Shown here one piece after another: positions 51,035 through 62,828 of a DNA stretch of 64,000 nt. Within the stretch, counting starts at the first letter, position 1. Each line of letters begins with the position of its first letter. Source of the stretch: Nemertoderma westbladi. Lineage: Eukaryota; Animalia; Xenacoelomorpha. The notes beneath the pieces were generated by a model. The model was given only the letters and a program-made list of their open reading frames with translations. It ran no database searches and was not told the origin of the DNA. Both the position numbers and the translations under genes were made by a program. Where the stretch lies: assembly GCA_032718475.1 (NCBI GenBank), contig JAUCBJ010003949.1, forward strand, positions 1-64,000. Reading direction: 5' to 3'.

Positions 51035-51783
51035 TTAATTATTTGTGTGGAAGTCTTCGTACTGGGCATTATGTATTCGCCATGGTACCAGAGATCTCCC
51101 CGAAGGACTACACCATCTTTTGTAAGTTTATATATATTTTCGAGTCCTACCCAAAAGGTCTCTTCTATGTCACCGAAGCCTGATCGATAGTTCTACCAAT
51201 CTTTATAGAAATCCTCGGAAGCGTCTACCCGTCTCTGTATTACAACCCAAGGTTCACCAGGCACTTTGGTATCGCATCTGATAAATCCTCGAAGACCGTA
51301 ATGGTGGTTGACTATAGCGGTGGTGTTTGCTGGAGTGTTTGGACAAACTAACGAAGAATGGTGCCGCAATCTTTCGTCAATATTTTCTGATAAATTGTCA
51401 TCCATTCCGTTATTGTTATCTGTGAGTTTATTAATCTTTTTTGTTATGTCGTCTAATTCGTTATTCTTGGCTGTGAGTTTGTCGTTCAAGTCACGAATCT
51501 GTTCAGTAAACTTCTGTTGAAGTAAATAAGACGAAGCTGCTATCGTCGCCCCCACCACCAACAACGCAACCAACAACACACCAATAATAACCACAACCCA
51601 CCATCTTCTAGCTGAAACAACACGTCCCTCATTAACGCTATCTCCTATATTCTGTGAGGACTGTGACGTGGTTGGTGAGGAAATTATCTTACCCGGTATG
51701 ACGTCATAAACGCCTTCCTGATGATCTGGGATTTCATCCAATGGTATCTCTGTTGTATCGCTATAGATTCCATTATGGGCCAT
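51035..51783 (-). pseudogene. Type II membrane fibrinogen-related-domain protein (FIBCD1-like architecture), intronless and disrupted
   Basis: Cytoplasmic tail, TM segment WWVVVIIGVLLVALLVVGA, coiled coil, then CDT...WVVIQRRVDASEDFYKDW*NYRSGFGDIEETFWVGLENIYKLT (read through the TAG at 51193-51195). A frameshift leads to AQYEDF, and the domain is truncated next to the palindromic element. Confidence 0.85.
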
Positions 51784-51950
51784 GATGAACAGTTAGTTCC
51801 GAAGAGTAAAATTCCGAAATCCTAAATGTACTAAGAACTACTTAATAACTACTTGTGATAAATAATACTTTGTGTAAAGTAGCACAAATAAAGCCCCGAG
51901 GATCAGAACACTGTAAAGTACTTTGGAACAAGTATGTATATAGTCTATAG

Positions 51951-52348
51951 TCTGGATGGCACATTCACAAGAATGCTACGCCGGGTACATTGTGTCAAGT
52001 ACAATGCACACATCTCCAACCAGACACTATATAACATTGGAGGTATCTCATTGGTTCCCCCAAGCTTGACACTAGAACAAAATCGCCTCCGCTTTGCAGG
52101 ACATTGCTTTCGCCGTGAGGACCAGCCAGTGCATAATCTTGTACTTTGGCAGCCTCATGGAGTGAATAAGCATGGTGGACAGCCTATGACTTTCTTGAGA
52201 CGCATCTTAAAGGACACTGGCCTTAAAGATGCGGATGATCTAGCAAATGTCATGGGTGATAGGGAGTTGTGGCGGTGCAATTTTGTTGACAAGCCGGCAC
52301 AGCATTCTTAAAAATGCAGCTGCAATGCAGCATGCCGATCATAGTAGT
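51951..52348 (+). mobile_element. Third copy (3' ~400 bp) of the young RTE family
   Basis: Near-identical to about 18065-18460, with a TAGTAG tail. Confidence 0.92.
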
Positions 52349-52679
52349 ATGTAGTCTTATAGTTATAGTCTTATAGTCTTTATAGTTATAGCACCATTTT
52401 TAACCTTACTTTTGGCACTTTTTTTTGAGACATTTTATTTTGAAAATTACATTGTATGAAACATGATTTGTAACATCTCTATTTTTTATTTACACCGGTT
52501 TATTCCGGTATATATTACACCGGTCATATAAATTAATAATTAATAATACAAATTAAAAAAAAACCACCTACAGTTATCGTCTATCGATTGACCCATATAT
52601 CAAAAATTATTCAATTTGGACAAAGCCTTGTTACCATTGGTTTTCATTGACTTTGTTAAAAAAGCGCTACCCCCCATTA

Positions 52680-53250
52680 AGATCTTCTCTCTTACAAGTA
52701 ACCTCAGAGTTTTGCCATGGCACATCTGTTTTCGTTTGGATTTCTGGGGGATATGCCTCTTAGCTGATTCCTTGTGGGCTGTTATTATATTCTGGTATAT
52801 TGAATCGGTAGACTGGTGTTCATCCATTGACTGAAGTGCTTCAAAGCGGTTTTGAACTTCTACTGTATAAGCATCCTTTACAGCATTGTCATTTCTGAGT
52901 TTCTCCCAGTCATAGTTGATTTGCTTGCTTGTCCTGGGTTTGATGGCTGTCAAACTGAGTCTGATCTCTGCAGTCACAATTCTGTGGTCCGAAGCAATTA
53001 GGTTGAACGAGCTGTATGCCTCGCAGTTGATCATGCTGTTTCTCCACGTTTGTTGATAAGGATGTAATATAAACCACGGAGTAATGTAAATCATGGAGTT
53101 TATATACCAAGCCCTAAACTTGTTAGAATTCTAGATAGCCTTCTTACGTGTCCCTGCAACCTCCTATGAAATACCTGGTTCGTTTGTTTCCCCTTTACTG
53201 TAACTCACTCTATATCACCCCACTCGCTCCACTCACCCCATGTGTTAGTT
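52680..53250 (-). mobile_element. Older RTE-like LINE fragment (end of the endonuclease domain), second family
   Basis: WRNSMINCEAYSSFNLIASDHRIVTAEIRLSL...YTVEVQNRFEAL; homologous to 57120-57268 plus 57855-58000. Confidence 0.8.
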
Positions 53251-54165
53251 TAACTGTTCCGCTAGCAGGATGAGCTGTTCGGAATGCTCTGGTGCACACG
53301 AGATCGGAGACACTGGCGTTAGTTTAACGAGTTTAGGCACTGGAGGCGCTCGCCTTTTAGCCTTAGCTAACATTTTTTGGGCTCCTCCGGAAGCAGAAGC
53401 CATGAGTAATAAAATATAAATTGTAAATGTTTTTTTTAACGAATAATTTTCCAACTGTTAAGCTCTTTCAAAGTCCTGTTTAATTAACTGACAGTTTTTA
53501 AGGAATTATTTAATATTCATTGTAAAATGATACCATATTATCTATCAGTTGAAAGTATAAGTTTTCACTAATTAAATTAAAATATTTTAGCATCGGAATT
53601 TAAATGGTTGATAATGATAACTTAAATATTATTTATTAGTTGGTATTGCAAAGCTGCTACGGTAGCGGTGGCTCTATCCGTGCGTCACTTTTTCATTTAT
53701 CTATTTGTAATTATTGGATGTTCATCTTCAACAACAACTTTTAACTAAATAAGTTAATAAACCATGAAAGTATTTTTGTTACATTATGTAAACTAATTAT
53801 ATATAACTATATCTATTATAGTACATATCGATACTATATCTAATATAAATAAATATAGTCATAGATAATTATATATAACTTATTATATATCAGCACTCTT
53901 TGGAGATATCCTCGTACCACAGAAAAGCACTTAGTAACTTTAGTAACAATAAACTTCTGGAACACGTCGAGAATATTCTCCATTGATAATAGCGGGGCCA
54001 TTGTAGGCTGGCTAAGTAAGGGTAAGATTACTTACCGTACAGTTGTTACAGTAACTGATATTACTTTACTATATTAAAAATAAAAAGGGTATGAATTTCA
54101 TAAATATTCCTAAACATTACAAAAGCTAGTAAGTTGATATAATATAACAAAATAGCTTACACCAT

Positions 54166-54273
54166 CGACCTTACACCATCGACCTTACACCATCGACCTT
54201 ACACCATCGACCTTACACCATCGACCTTACACCATCGACCTTACAACATCGACCTTACACCATCGACCTTACA
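54166..54273 (+). repeat. 14-bp tandem repeat CTTACACCATCGAC, about 7.5 copies
   Basis: Directly visible. Confidence 0.95.
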
Positions 54274-54491
54274 TAACCATTTTATCTTAAATCAAATGGT
54301 AACTTTTCTTCTCCGTCTCATGAGAAAATGACACTATTACGGGTCATGGTGTATACATTTCTATTTCTAAAAAAATAAAAATATATTTTTAAATAAACTA
54401 AATAAAATTTCTAAAATGTATATTTTTAAAATTTATATTTTTGTCATCATTTTTTCTTGAATTTTAATCAGCTGAATTTCAGAGGATTACG

Positions 54492-56675
54492 TGAGACATA
54501 GGGAAACTGTGGTCGCTGTAACTGAACGAGGGGAGACATAGGGAAACTGTAAGGGTCGCTGTAACTGAACGAGGGGAGACAGGGAAACTGTGAGGGTCGC
54601 TGTAACTGAACGGGGGGAGGCCTAGGGAAACTGTAAGGGTCGCTGTAACTGAACGAGGGGAGACATAGGGAAACTGTAAGGGTAGCTGTAATTGAACGAG
54701 GGGAGACAGGGAAACTGTAAGGGTCGCTGAAACTGAACGAGGGGAGACAGGGTAACTGTAAGGGCCGCTGTAACTAAACGAGTGGAGACATAGGGAAACT
54801 GTAAGGGTCGCTGTAACTGAACGATGGGAGACATAGGGAAACTGCATGGGACGCTGTAACTGAACGAGGGGAGACATAGGGAAACTGAAAGGGTCGCTGT
54901 AACTGAACGAGGGGAGACAGGGTAACTGTAAGGGTCGCTGTAACTGAACGAGGGGAGACATATGGAAACTGTAAGGGTAGCTGTAATTGAACGAGGGGAG
55001 ACAGGGAAACTGTAAGGGTCGCTGAAACTGAACGAGGGGAGACAGGGTAACTGTAAGGGCCGCTGTAACTAAACGAGTGGAGACATAGGGAAACTGTAAA
55101 AGTCGCTGCAACTGAACGGGGGGAGACAGGGAAACTGTAAGGGTCGCTGTAACTGAACGAGGGGAGACAGGGTAACTGTAAGGGCCGCTGTAACTAAACG
55201 AGTGGAGACATAGGGAAACTGTAAAAGTCGCTGCAACTGAACGGGGGGAGACAGGGAAACTGTAAGGGTCGCTGTAACTGAACGAGGGGAGACATAGGGA
55301 AACTGTAAGGGTCGCTGTAACTGAACGATGGGAGACATAGGGAAACTGCATGGGACGCTGTAACTGAACGAGGGGAGACATAGGGAAACTGAAAGGGTCG
55401 CTGTAACTGAACGAGGGGAGACAGGGTAACTGTAAGGGTCGCTGTAACTAAACGAGTGGAGACATAGGGAAACTGCAAAAGTCGCTGCAACTGAACGGGG
55501 GGAGACAGGGAAACTGTAAGGGTCGCTGTAACTGAACGATGGGAGACATAGGGAAACTGCATGGGACGCTGTAACTGAACGAGGGGAGACATAGGGAAAC
55601 TGAAAGGGTCGCTGTAACTGAACGAGGGGAGACAGGGTAACTGTAAGGGTCGCTGTAACTGAACGACGGGAGACAGGGAAACTGTAAGGGTCGCTGTAAC
55701 TGAACGAGGGGAGACATAGGGAAACTGTAAGGGTCGCTGTAACTGAACGAGGGGAGACATAGGGAAACTGGGTCGCTGTAACTGAATGAGGGAAGACAGG
55801 GGAACTGTAAGGGTCGCTGTAACTGAACGAGGGGAGACATATGTAAACTGTAATGGTCGCTGTAACTGAATGAGGGAAGACAGGGGAACTGTAAGGGTCG
55901 GTGTAACTGAACGGGGGGAGACAGGGAAACTGTAAGGGTCGGTGTAACTGAACGGGGGGAGACAGGGAAACTGTAAGGGTCGCTGTAACTGAACGGGGGG
56001 AGACATAGGGAAACTGGGTCGCTGTAACTGAACGAGGGTAGACATAGGGAAACTGGGTCGCTGTAACTGAACGAGTGGAAGACAGAGGGAAACTGTAAGG
56101 GTCGCTGTAACTGAACGAGGGGAGACATAGGGAAACTGTAAGGGTCGCTGTAACTGAACGAGGGGAGACATAGGGAAACTGTAAGGGTCGCTGTAACTGA
56201 ACGAGGGGAGACATAGGGAAACTGTAAGGGTCGCTGTAACTGAACGAGGGGAGACGTAGGGAAACTGAAAGGGTCGCTGTAACTGAACGATGGGAGACAT
56301 AGGGAAACTGTAAGGGTCGCTGTAACTGAACGAGGGGAGACATAGGGAAACTGTAAGGGTCGCTGTAACTGAACGAGGGGAGGGTAGACAGAGAAACTGT
56401 AAGGGTCGCTGTAACTGAACGAGGGGAGACGGGGAAACTGTAAGGGTCGCTGTAACTGAACGAGGGGAGACATAGGGAAACTGTAAGGGTCGCTGTAACT
56501 GAACGAGGGGAGGGTAGACAGAGAAACTGTAAGGGTCGCTGTAACTGAACGAGGGGAGACGGGGAAACTGAAAGGGTCGCTGTAACTGAACGATGGGAGA
56601 CATAGGGAAACTGTAAGGGTCGCTGTAACTGAACGAGGGGAGACATAGGGAAACTGTAAGGGTCGCTGTAACTGA
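54492..56675. repeat. 2.2-kb array of a 41/43-bp unit
   Basis: Consensus GGGAAACTGTAAGGGTCGCTGTAACTGAACGAGGGGAGACA(TA), about 50 copies. Confidence 0.97.
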
Positions 56676-57401
56676 AATCAAGCCGATATAAGGGATGGCT
56701 TGAGATTCAAGAAAAAAATGTTGATCCTTTTCAAGTTGGTCAACAGCTGGTAATCCACGGCGACGCATTCCTTGTGTTGGTTGCCAGAAAAGTAGAAGTC
56801 TTTACTTCTCCAGCAGTGCCCACTGAATCTTAACTTGCATTCACGGAGGGTGGTTGATACAGGTGGTATACAACCATAAAGCTCGGCGTTTGTCATGTGA
56901 TGTCTACAGCTGATGTTTAGAGATGCCCTTAGTATTCTAGTCTTGTGTAACAACCATCAATTCGTTGGTCAAGTGAATTCGTCAGTGTCCAGGTCTCACC
57001 ACCGTATAAGACTTTCCTATTACAACTAGAACACTGTGGCCAGAAGAGCTTGGTCTTCAGGTTCCTGGAGATGTCTGATTTCCAGATGGTATCCATTTTG
57101 ATAGAGCTAGTGAATTCGCTTGCTTGTCCTGGGTTTGCTGCCTCTTCAACTTAGTGTGATCTCTGCAGTCACAATTCTGTGGTCCGAAGCAATTAGGTTG
57201 AACGAGCTGTATGCCTGGCAGTTAATCATGCTGTTTCTCCGCTTTTGTTGATAAGGATGTAATATAAATAAATTGGAGATGAGCTGTTGCAACTCTAATT
57301 AAAGGTGTAATATTATGGGAATATATGCAACTTAAGACTGCCCGTTCAATAGAAGTGGATTACGTGGGACTGTGAGTGTCAGGGGCTAGTGGCTGAGCTG
57401 G

Positions 57402-57444
57402 TTAGCGCTACTGATGTCAGGCCGAAACGTACGTATAGCGCTGG
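57402..57444 (+). pseudogene. Defective hammerhead copy with a 7-nt deletion in the core and stem II
   Basis: CTGATG[AGGCCTG missing]TCAGGCCGAAACGTACGTATAGCGCTGG. Confidence 0.8.
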
Positions 57445-57741
57445 CTCAACCCCTGTTGACGCGCTTTCTCATTTTTTTCCACTTCTGAACAAACACATAA
57501 TATTACACCTTTAATTACAGTTGCAACAGCTCATCTCCAATTTATTTGATTAATATCACCTGGCAGCAATACTCGAGCTGAATATTTATTTATTTGTACT
57601 TCCCTCCTGTTTCACTCTACTAGCATACTTGAGGCCGGTAGGTCCGCTGTTAGAGATAGAATATATGCAACTTAAGATTGCCCTTTCAATAGAAGTGGAT
57701 TAGGTGGGAGTGTGAGTGTCAGGGGCTAGTGGCTGAGCTGG

Positions 57742-57791
57742 TTAGCGCTACTGATGAGGCCTGTCAGGCCGAAACGTACGTATAGCGCTGG
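57742..57791 (+). ncRNA. Type I hammerhead ribozyme with an intact core
   Basis: Stem I TTAGCGCTA/TAGCGCTGG; CTGATGA at 57751-57757; stem II GGCC-TGTCA-GGCC; GAAA; minimal stem III AC-GTAC-GT; predicted cleavage after GUA at 57782. Confidence 0.88.
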
Positions 57792-60061
57792 GTCAACCCC
57801 CGGTGACGCGCTTTCTCATTTTTTCCATTTCTGAACAAACACATAATATCACACATGTAATATAAACCACGGAGATTATATACCAAGCCCTAAACTTGTT
57901 AGAATTCTAGATAGCCTTCTATCATGTCCCTGCAACCACCTATGAAAGCCCTGGCTCGTTTGTTTCCCTTTTAGTGTGTCTCACCCCATCTGTTAGTTTA
58001 CACTAGAGTTTGTATGTTCCATTAATTTTTGTATTAGTAAATATTTTCTTCTCCAAATAATTTTCCTTCTACTATGGCCGTTTTCCAAAAGTCTTTGTGT
58101 GTGTCGGAAACCATAATATTGTCGGAAGCCAATATCAGAATAGGCCTATATAATAACTAGCCATAGTATAATTATAATTGTTCGCAAGATGGCTTGCAGC
58201 TTTTGCTGCCCGAAAGCCCCACTCGTGTTCTGTTACCTGTTATTGATCTATTGTTTCTGTTCCTTTGTTTGTAAATTTGTATCATGTCTACGTATAAATA
58301 ATAATCTGCCTATGTATAATCTATGTTGTCTGCTCCGCTCCCATTCGTATTTGCGTGGGGTCTTCGTGCAGCATCTGTGTAAACTGTCTTGCAGTTATAA
58401 TAAATTTATCAATCCAAAAATTATTGGGCTTGGCATCAGCTGGTTGCTAGGAGACTGTAGGATGTATCAAGTGGGTTTGAAATTCAGCAATACCAGTACA
58501 ATGCAGCAATAATGTGGCCTTGGGAAGTGTGGTAGGCCTATTTCACTTTCAGCCATTCCAGCATTTCCAGGTTGCAGAGTTCAGAGTACGACACCAGTAA
58601 TACTTATCTTAATTAATCTTATTAAACATATGTTTTACAGTACGGTACCGGTACTGTTAGTAGTACAGAGTTACCGGTAACGTCTTCAGGTCGTTGGCGC
58701 CACCTGCCAATCATGCTCGGCCACGGCAACCATGCAGCCATGGAAGTTTTGAAATTATGCGGACTTAAAACAGACTGACATATTGTCAGGTTGTACCAGC
58801 TGACCTTTATTCCATGTTCCGGTATCCACTCCTGCACTAGGTACCCCAACCGCCCAATACTGCAATACCAAGCAACGTTTTGGAAATGTACCGGTACTCA
58901 AACAACTCGCCATCAAGGCCACCGCCTATGTCTGTCGCAGTGTCTTTGGCGACCTCGACTTTTGGTATCGCTACTGCGCTAGCGCTACGGGCTAACTGGA
59001 CTAACCGATGAGCGAGACCCGAGGACTGAAGAATGCATTGATTTTTTTGAGTAGTTTGACTGTACTTCTATGACATCTATGCCAAGCTGCCAATGCGAAA
59101 TTTTGTTTAAAGTAAAAGTTTGGTTAAATTTTCTTAATTATTTATTTAAATTTCTTAAGTACCGATTTTGGGATAGAATTGCTCAATTTTAATCTGTATC
59201 TAATAACTGACCCTCGTCCTGCGCGATGGCTCCACGAACGTCCATCCATTTCCAATGTCATTGTACTTCATGGCAGTGTTTTGATGGCAAATCTGATGTT
59301 CTTCGTTACAGATGATATTCCATTGCCAAAGCGACCATGTCACCCTGTTTGTAATGAGCTTTCAGTGTGCGGTGCGTGCGTTCATTGTGGCAATCTTTTA
59401 GTGTCTTTTTACATTTCAACAGGTTGGTTCTTCTTTCTTCTCTATAATTAATCTCCTAATTAATCTATTTCCAGGTTGTTTACATACTGTTGCTAGTTTA
59501 TTTTATATAAATTTATAGATTAAAATAGATTGAAATTAAATATGTAAAAAATAATGCCCTGGAATGTTTTCCCCTTTTCATTTGAACTGACTTTGTGACT
59601 GACTGTAAAGTTGGGTGATCGGAAGATAAAGTATTGTGAGCAAACTATAAAGTTGTGTGACCAAAATTTGACGTTGTTGAAACCTACGGATTCAATAATT
59701 ATTTACATTCCAGAATATAATATATATATATTTGAAACATTGTATTTAAGGTGAAAACAAACTATTTACTACCGTGCACAAAAATTATTAACCAACAAAA
59801 TTTTTCACCATTTCGTGAATAAATATTACAAATATAAATTTATATTTTCAATAATAAATATTAATAATGACTATATCATTATAGATATATGTATATATAT
59901 ATATATATATATATGAGATTCATTATATTTTTGATACGGTAATAACATTATTGTGATTGATTTGTAAAATAAGCTGCCGATATGTCCATATGAATGTAAC
60001 TAACCGACATTATACATACAGTAATGAAAAGTTAGTGAAATTATATATTTATGTTGATAAA

Positions 60062-60128
60062 CTACTTTCCGCTCATTGTTGTTAATGTTACACCTTTACT
60101 GTCTTCCTGCTTTAACCACGAAATAGAT
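60062..60128 (-). CDS. GPCR terminal exon (C-terminal tail)
   Basis: TTACAG acceptor; the phase-2 join gives KSISWLKQEDSKGVTLTTMSGK*. Confidence 0.65.
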
Positions 60129-60478
60129 CTGTAATAAATAAAAATATTTTCGTTACTAAATTAACATGGTGCGTATAAGATTGCGAGACACGCTTCTGCT
60201 ACAACTACAGATAATTAATTACTGATTCTAAGTGATAAGATACATGCAGAGCCTATAAATAATATAATACACTCTAATAAACTCTATCATTACAATATAA
60301 TATCGTATAAACAATAATTATATCCAGGATATACACTATACACTACTGTCTTGTTCACGTCGTTATTTTGGTACTCTAATTAAAAAACACATTACATAAA
60401 TTTTGAAACATAAAATAGATTTACCAAGTGGTGAATCGTCTACATAAGTAATGATAACTATTAATTAATTCAACTCAC

Positions 60479-60636
60479 TTGCAACATGGAAATATCTTCC
60501 TAAACACATATTTGTATCCTCTCATAAACTGCGGGTTCATTCCATAAATAAAAACATTTACAGCTGAATTCATATGATCCATTGAAGCAACCAACATGTA
60601 TAACTCACTTGGGATAGGATCGTATTGTAATATTAT
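60479..60636 (-). CDS. GPCR exon (ECL3, TM7, helix 8)
   Basis: TTTCAG acceptor; IILQYDPIPSELYMLVASMDHMNSAVNVFIYGMNPQFMRGYKYVFRKIFPCC; GTGAGT donor; phase 2. Confidence 0.82.
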
Positions 60637-61176
60637 CTGAAAAACCCGAAAAACATTTACACTATAAATTCAACATCATATTTTTGTAGTACTGCATGGA
60701 AAACAAGGTAAATAATAAGGGAATTTGGGAAAACAAATTGGTTCTGATGTAGTTAAACTGGAATTCTACTAGCTCATACAATGAAAACTTTTAATATTAA
60801 TTTAATCAAAAAAATACGTGATACGTGTGAGTGCGCGAGAAAATTGTTGGGCTATAAACAATTGTATAAGGTGCCCTGAATCGAGTGGCGTTCTTGGTAA
60901 AAACATGAAGAAATGTTTTTACTTTAATATAGATTTTTCTCCAAAATATGAATTCCATGCACAAAAATTTCTTCACTACAAATATGTATTCTCTATCAAA
61001 ATAATATCGCAACGAAAATCTTTAGAATCGTTAGAAAATCAAACTGAGTTCGAAATGCTGAAAATCGAGTTTATTGTTAATTTTCGCATATTGCTCGGGA
61101 AACAAGCTGAAATTATTTTCGCTAATTTTGATTAAGTGTTCTATAATATAAATACCGTTTTTTCCGATAATTACAC

Positions 61177-62075
61177 CATGAATTACTATATACTACGGCC
61201 TGTTATAGGTCACCTAAAGAGGTTGAAAAAAAGAGGCCAGTTTTTTTTTACAATATTATGATATTTTTATATGGGGAGAGTTCTGTAAATTTTCATTTGC
61301 TGCAATTTGGTTAATGGACGTATTTGAAGTCACCTCGTTAAGCTAGAAACTAAATTTTATGGTAGCTAGTGTTTTAGGTAGGTTTAGCTTGTAATTTCAA
61401 CACTGCTTCCGACATCCTACTTCCTTCTATAAATATTTTGTAGTAGCTAGTTCTTATTATTATTTGTACAGAAAATCTCCAAGAACAAGTTAGCTTTTCA
61501 TTTAAAAAAAATTATGTTCTAGAACAAATGTTTTTTGTTCTAGAACATTTTTTTAGAAAAAAATCTGGATTCTATTTATAACGCATGGAATCGTTCTAAA
61601 ACGTGTTTAAAATCAATAAAAAAAAATTGTGAAAAAAAAATTGTGAAAAATATTTTTAATTGGTTTTAAATAGAATCCAGATTTTTTTCTAAAAAATGGT
61701 CTAGAACAAAAATTATTTGTTCTAGAACTTATTTTTTAAATAATGAATAGCTAACAGGCTCTAGAACATTTTCTATACAAATAGTAATAAGAAATAGCTA
61801 CTACAAAATATTTATAGAAGGAAGTAGGATGTCGGAACCAGTGTCGAAATTACTAGCTAAACCTACCTAAAACACTAGCTATCATACAATTTAGTATCTA
61901 GCTTAACGAGGAGACTTCAATTACGACCGTTGACCAAATTGCAGCAAATGAAAATTTTTAGAACTCTCCCTATATCAAAATATTGTATTATCTAGCTATA
62001 TTGTAAAAATAAACTGGCCTCTAATTTTCAGCCTCTTTAGGTGACCTAGCAGGTCGTAGTATATAGTGGGTCATG
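61177..62075. mobile_element. ~900-bp foldback (palindromic) element in a GPCR intron
   Basis: Arms of about 400 bp are reverse complements, for example TCCGACATCCTACTTCCTTCTATAAATATTTTGTAGTAGCTA and TAGCTACTACAAAATATTTATAGAAGGAAGTAGGATGTCGGA. Confidence 0.88.
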
Positions 62076-62828
62076 ATTACACTACTTTCTTAGAAATTGC
62101 TATGATACGAGATTCTAGAAGATATGTGTAGCAGTATATTATGGTACAGCAAATATACCAAACTTGCTATGGTTTCTTTCACATGCAAAATTTGCAAAAT
62201 TAAGAAAATCTGTATTGAAAAAAGATTAGCTGAAAATTGTAACCATCAATCAATCAATCTGATTTAGACTAAGGAATTCTAAGTACTAACAAAAAATCTG
62301 ACGATTTCGTTAAAATATTTATATTTTAGATGGGGGGTGTTATGGGGGGGGGGGGGGGGGGTCACTATGCCCCCTATAATAAATTATAGATAATAATATA
62401 ATTAAAATAAGATAATTAAACTATTGTTTTGGACCACAACCATTTATAATTTTATTCCAGACCTATCTCAGAGGCAATTATTAATTGTTGTTGTTTATGT
62501 TAATTTACCAAACCCAATCTAACATTTTATCATGTGTTCTTAATTTTCTTCATACACAATTGTGTATTTAGTTTGTTGTTTAAATTTTGCTTTCACAAGT
62601 ATTATTATTAATAGAAATTTCGCAAAATTGTACCTAAGTAGAGACATAGCCACCCGCCACACTAATTATGTCTAAATAATTTTTAGTCATAGGAATTTTA
62701 CATTAAATTACAGTTACAGAACACCTATATCGTGGATTTTTAACATTTTTACTTTCCTGCCTGTATTGGCTATTCGTCATTGAAACCAATTTAGGTAGGC
62801 CAACTGTGTGAGTATAAGTACAACTTAC

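Larger units (their letters stand above)
57269..57854 (+). mobile_element. Retrozyme-like or Penelope-associated non-autonomous retroelement: inverted 5' arm plus about 1.5 tandem ~347-nt units
   Basis: 12-bp TSD ATGTAATATAAA at 57257-57268 and 57855-57866; empty site at 53062-53073. Direct repeat 57319-57510 vs 57659-57854; inverted repeat 57269-57317 vs about 57496-57545. Confidence 0.85.
56710..58000 (-). mobile_element. Degraded, internally deleted RTE-like LINE (second family), interrupted by the ribozyme element
   Basis: C-terminus LRASLNISCRHHMTNAELYG...LRFSGHCWRSK joined to the SDHRIV endonuclease segment, which matches 52920-53250. Confidence 0.78.

Noticed and set aside
54479-56768. 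300-525-aa minus-strand ORFs
   Set aside because: Translations of the 41/43-bp satellite; the unit length is not a multiple of three.
58070-59460. Possible coding or transposase fragments following a terminal motif shared with 24301
   Set aside because: Probably a decayed transposon, but no diagnostic motif or second end could be supported.
60479-60636. Opsin
   Set aside because: Histidine, not lysine, at the retinal-binding position of TM7.
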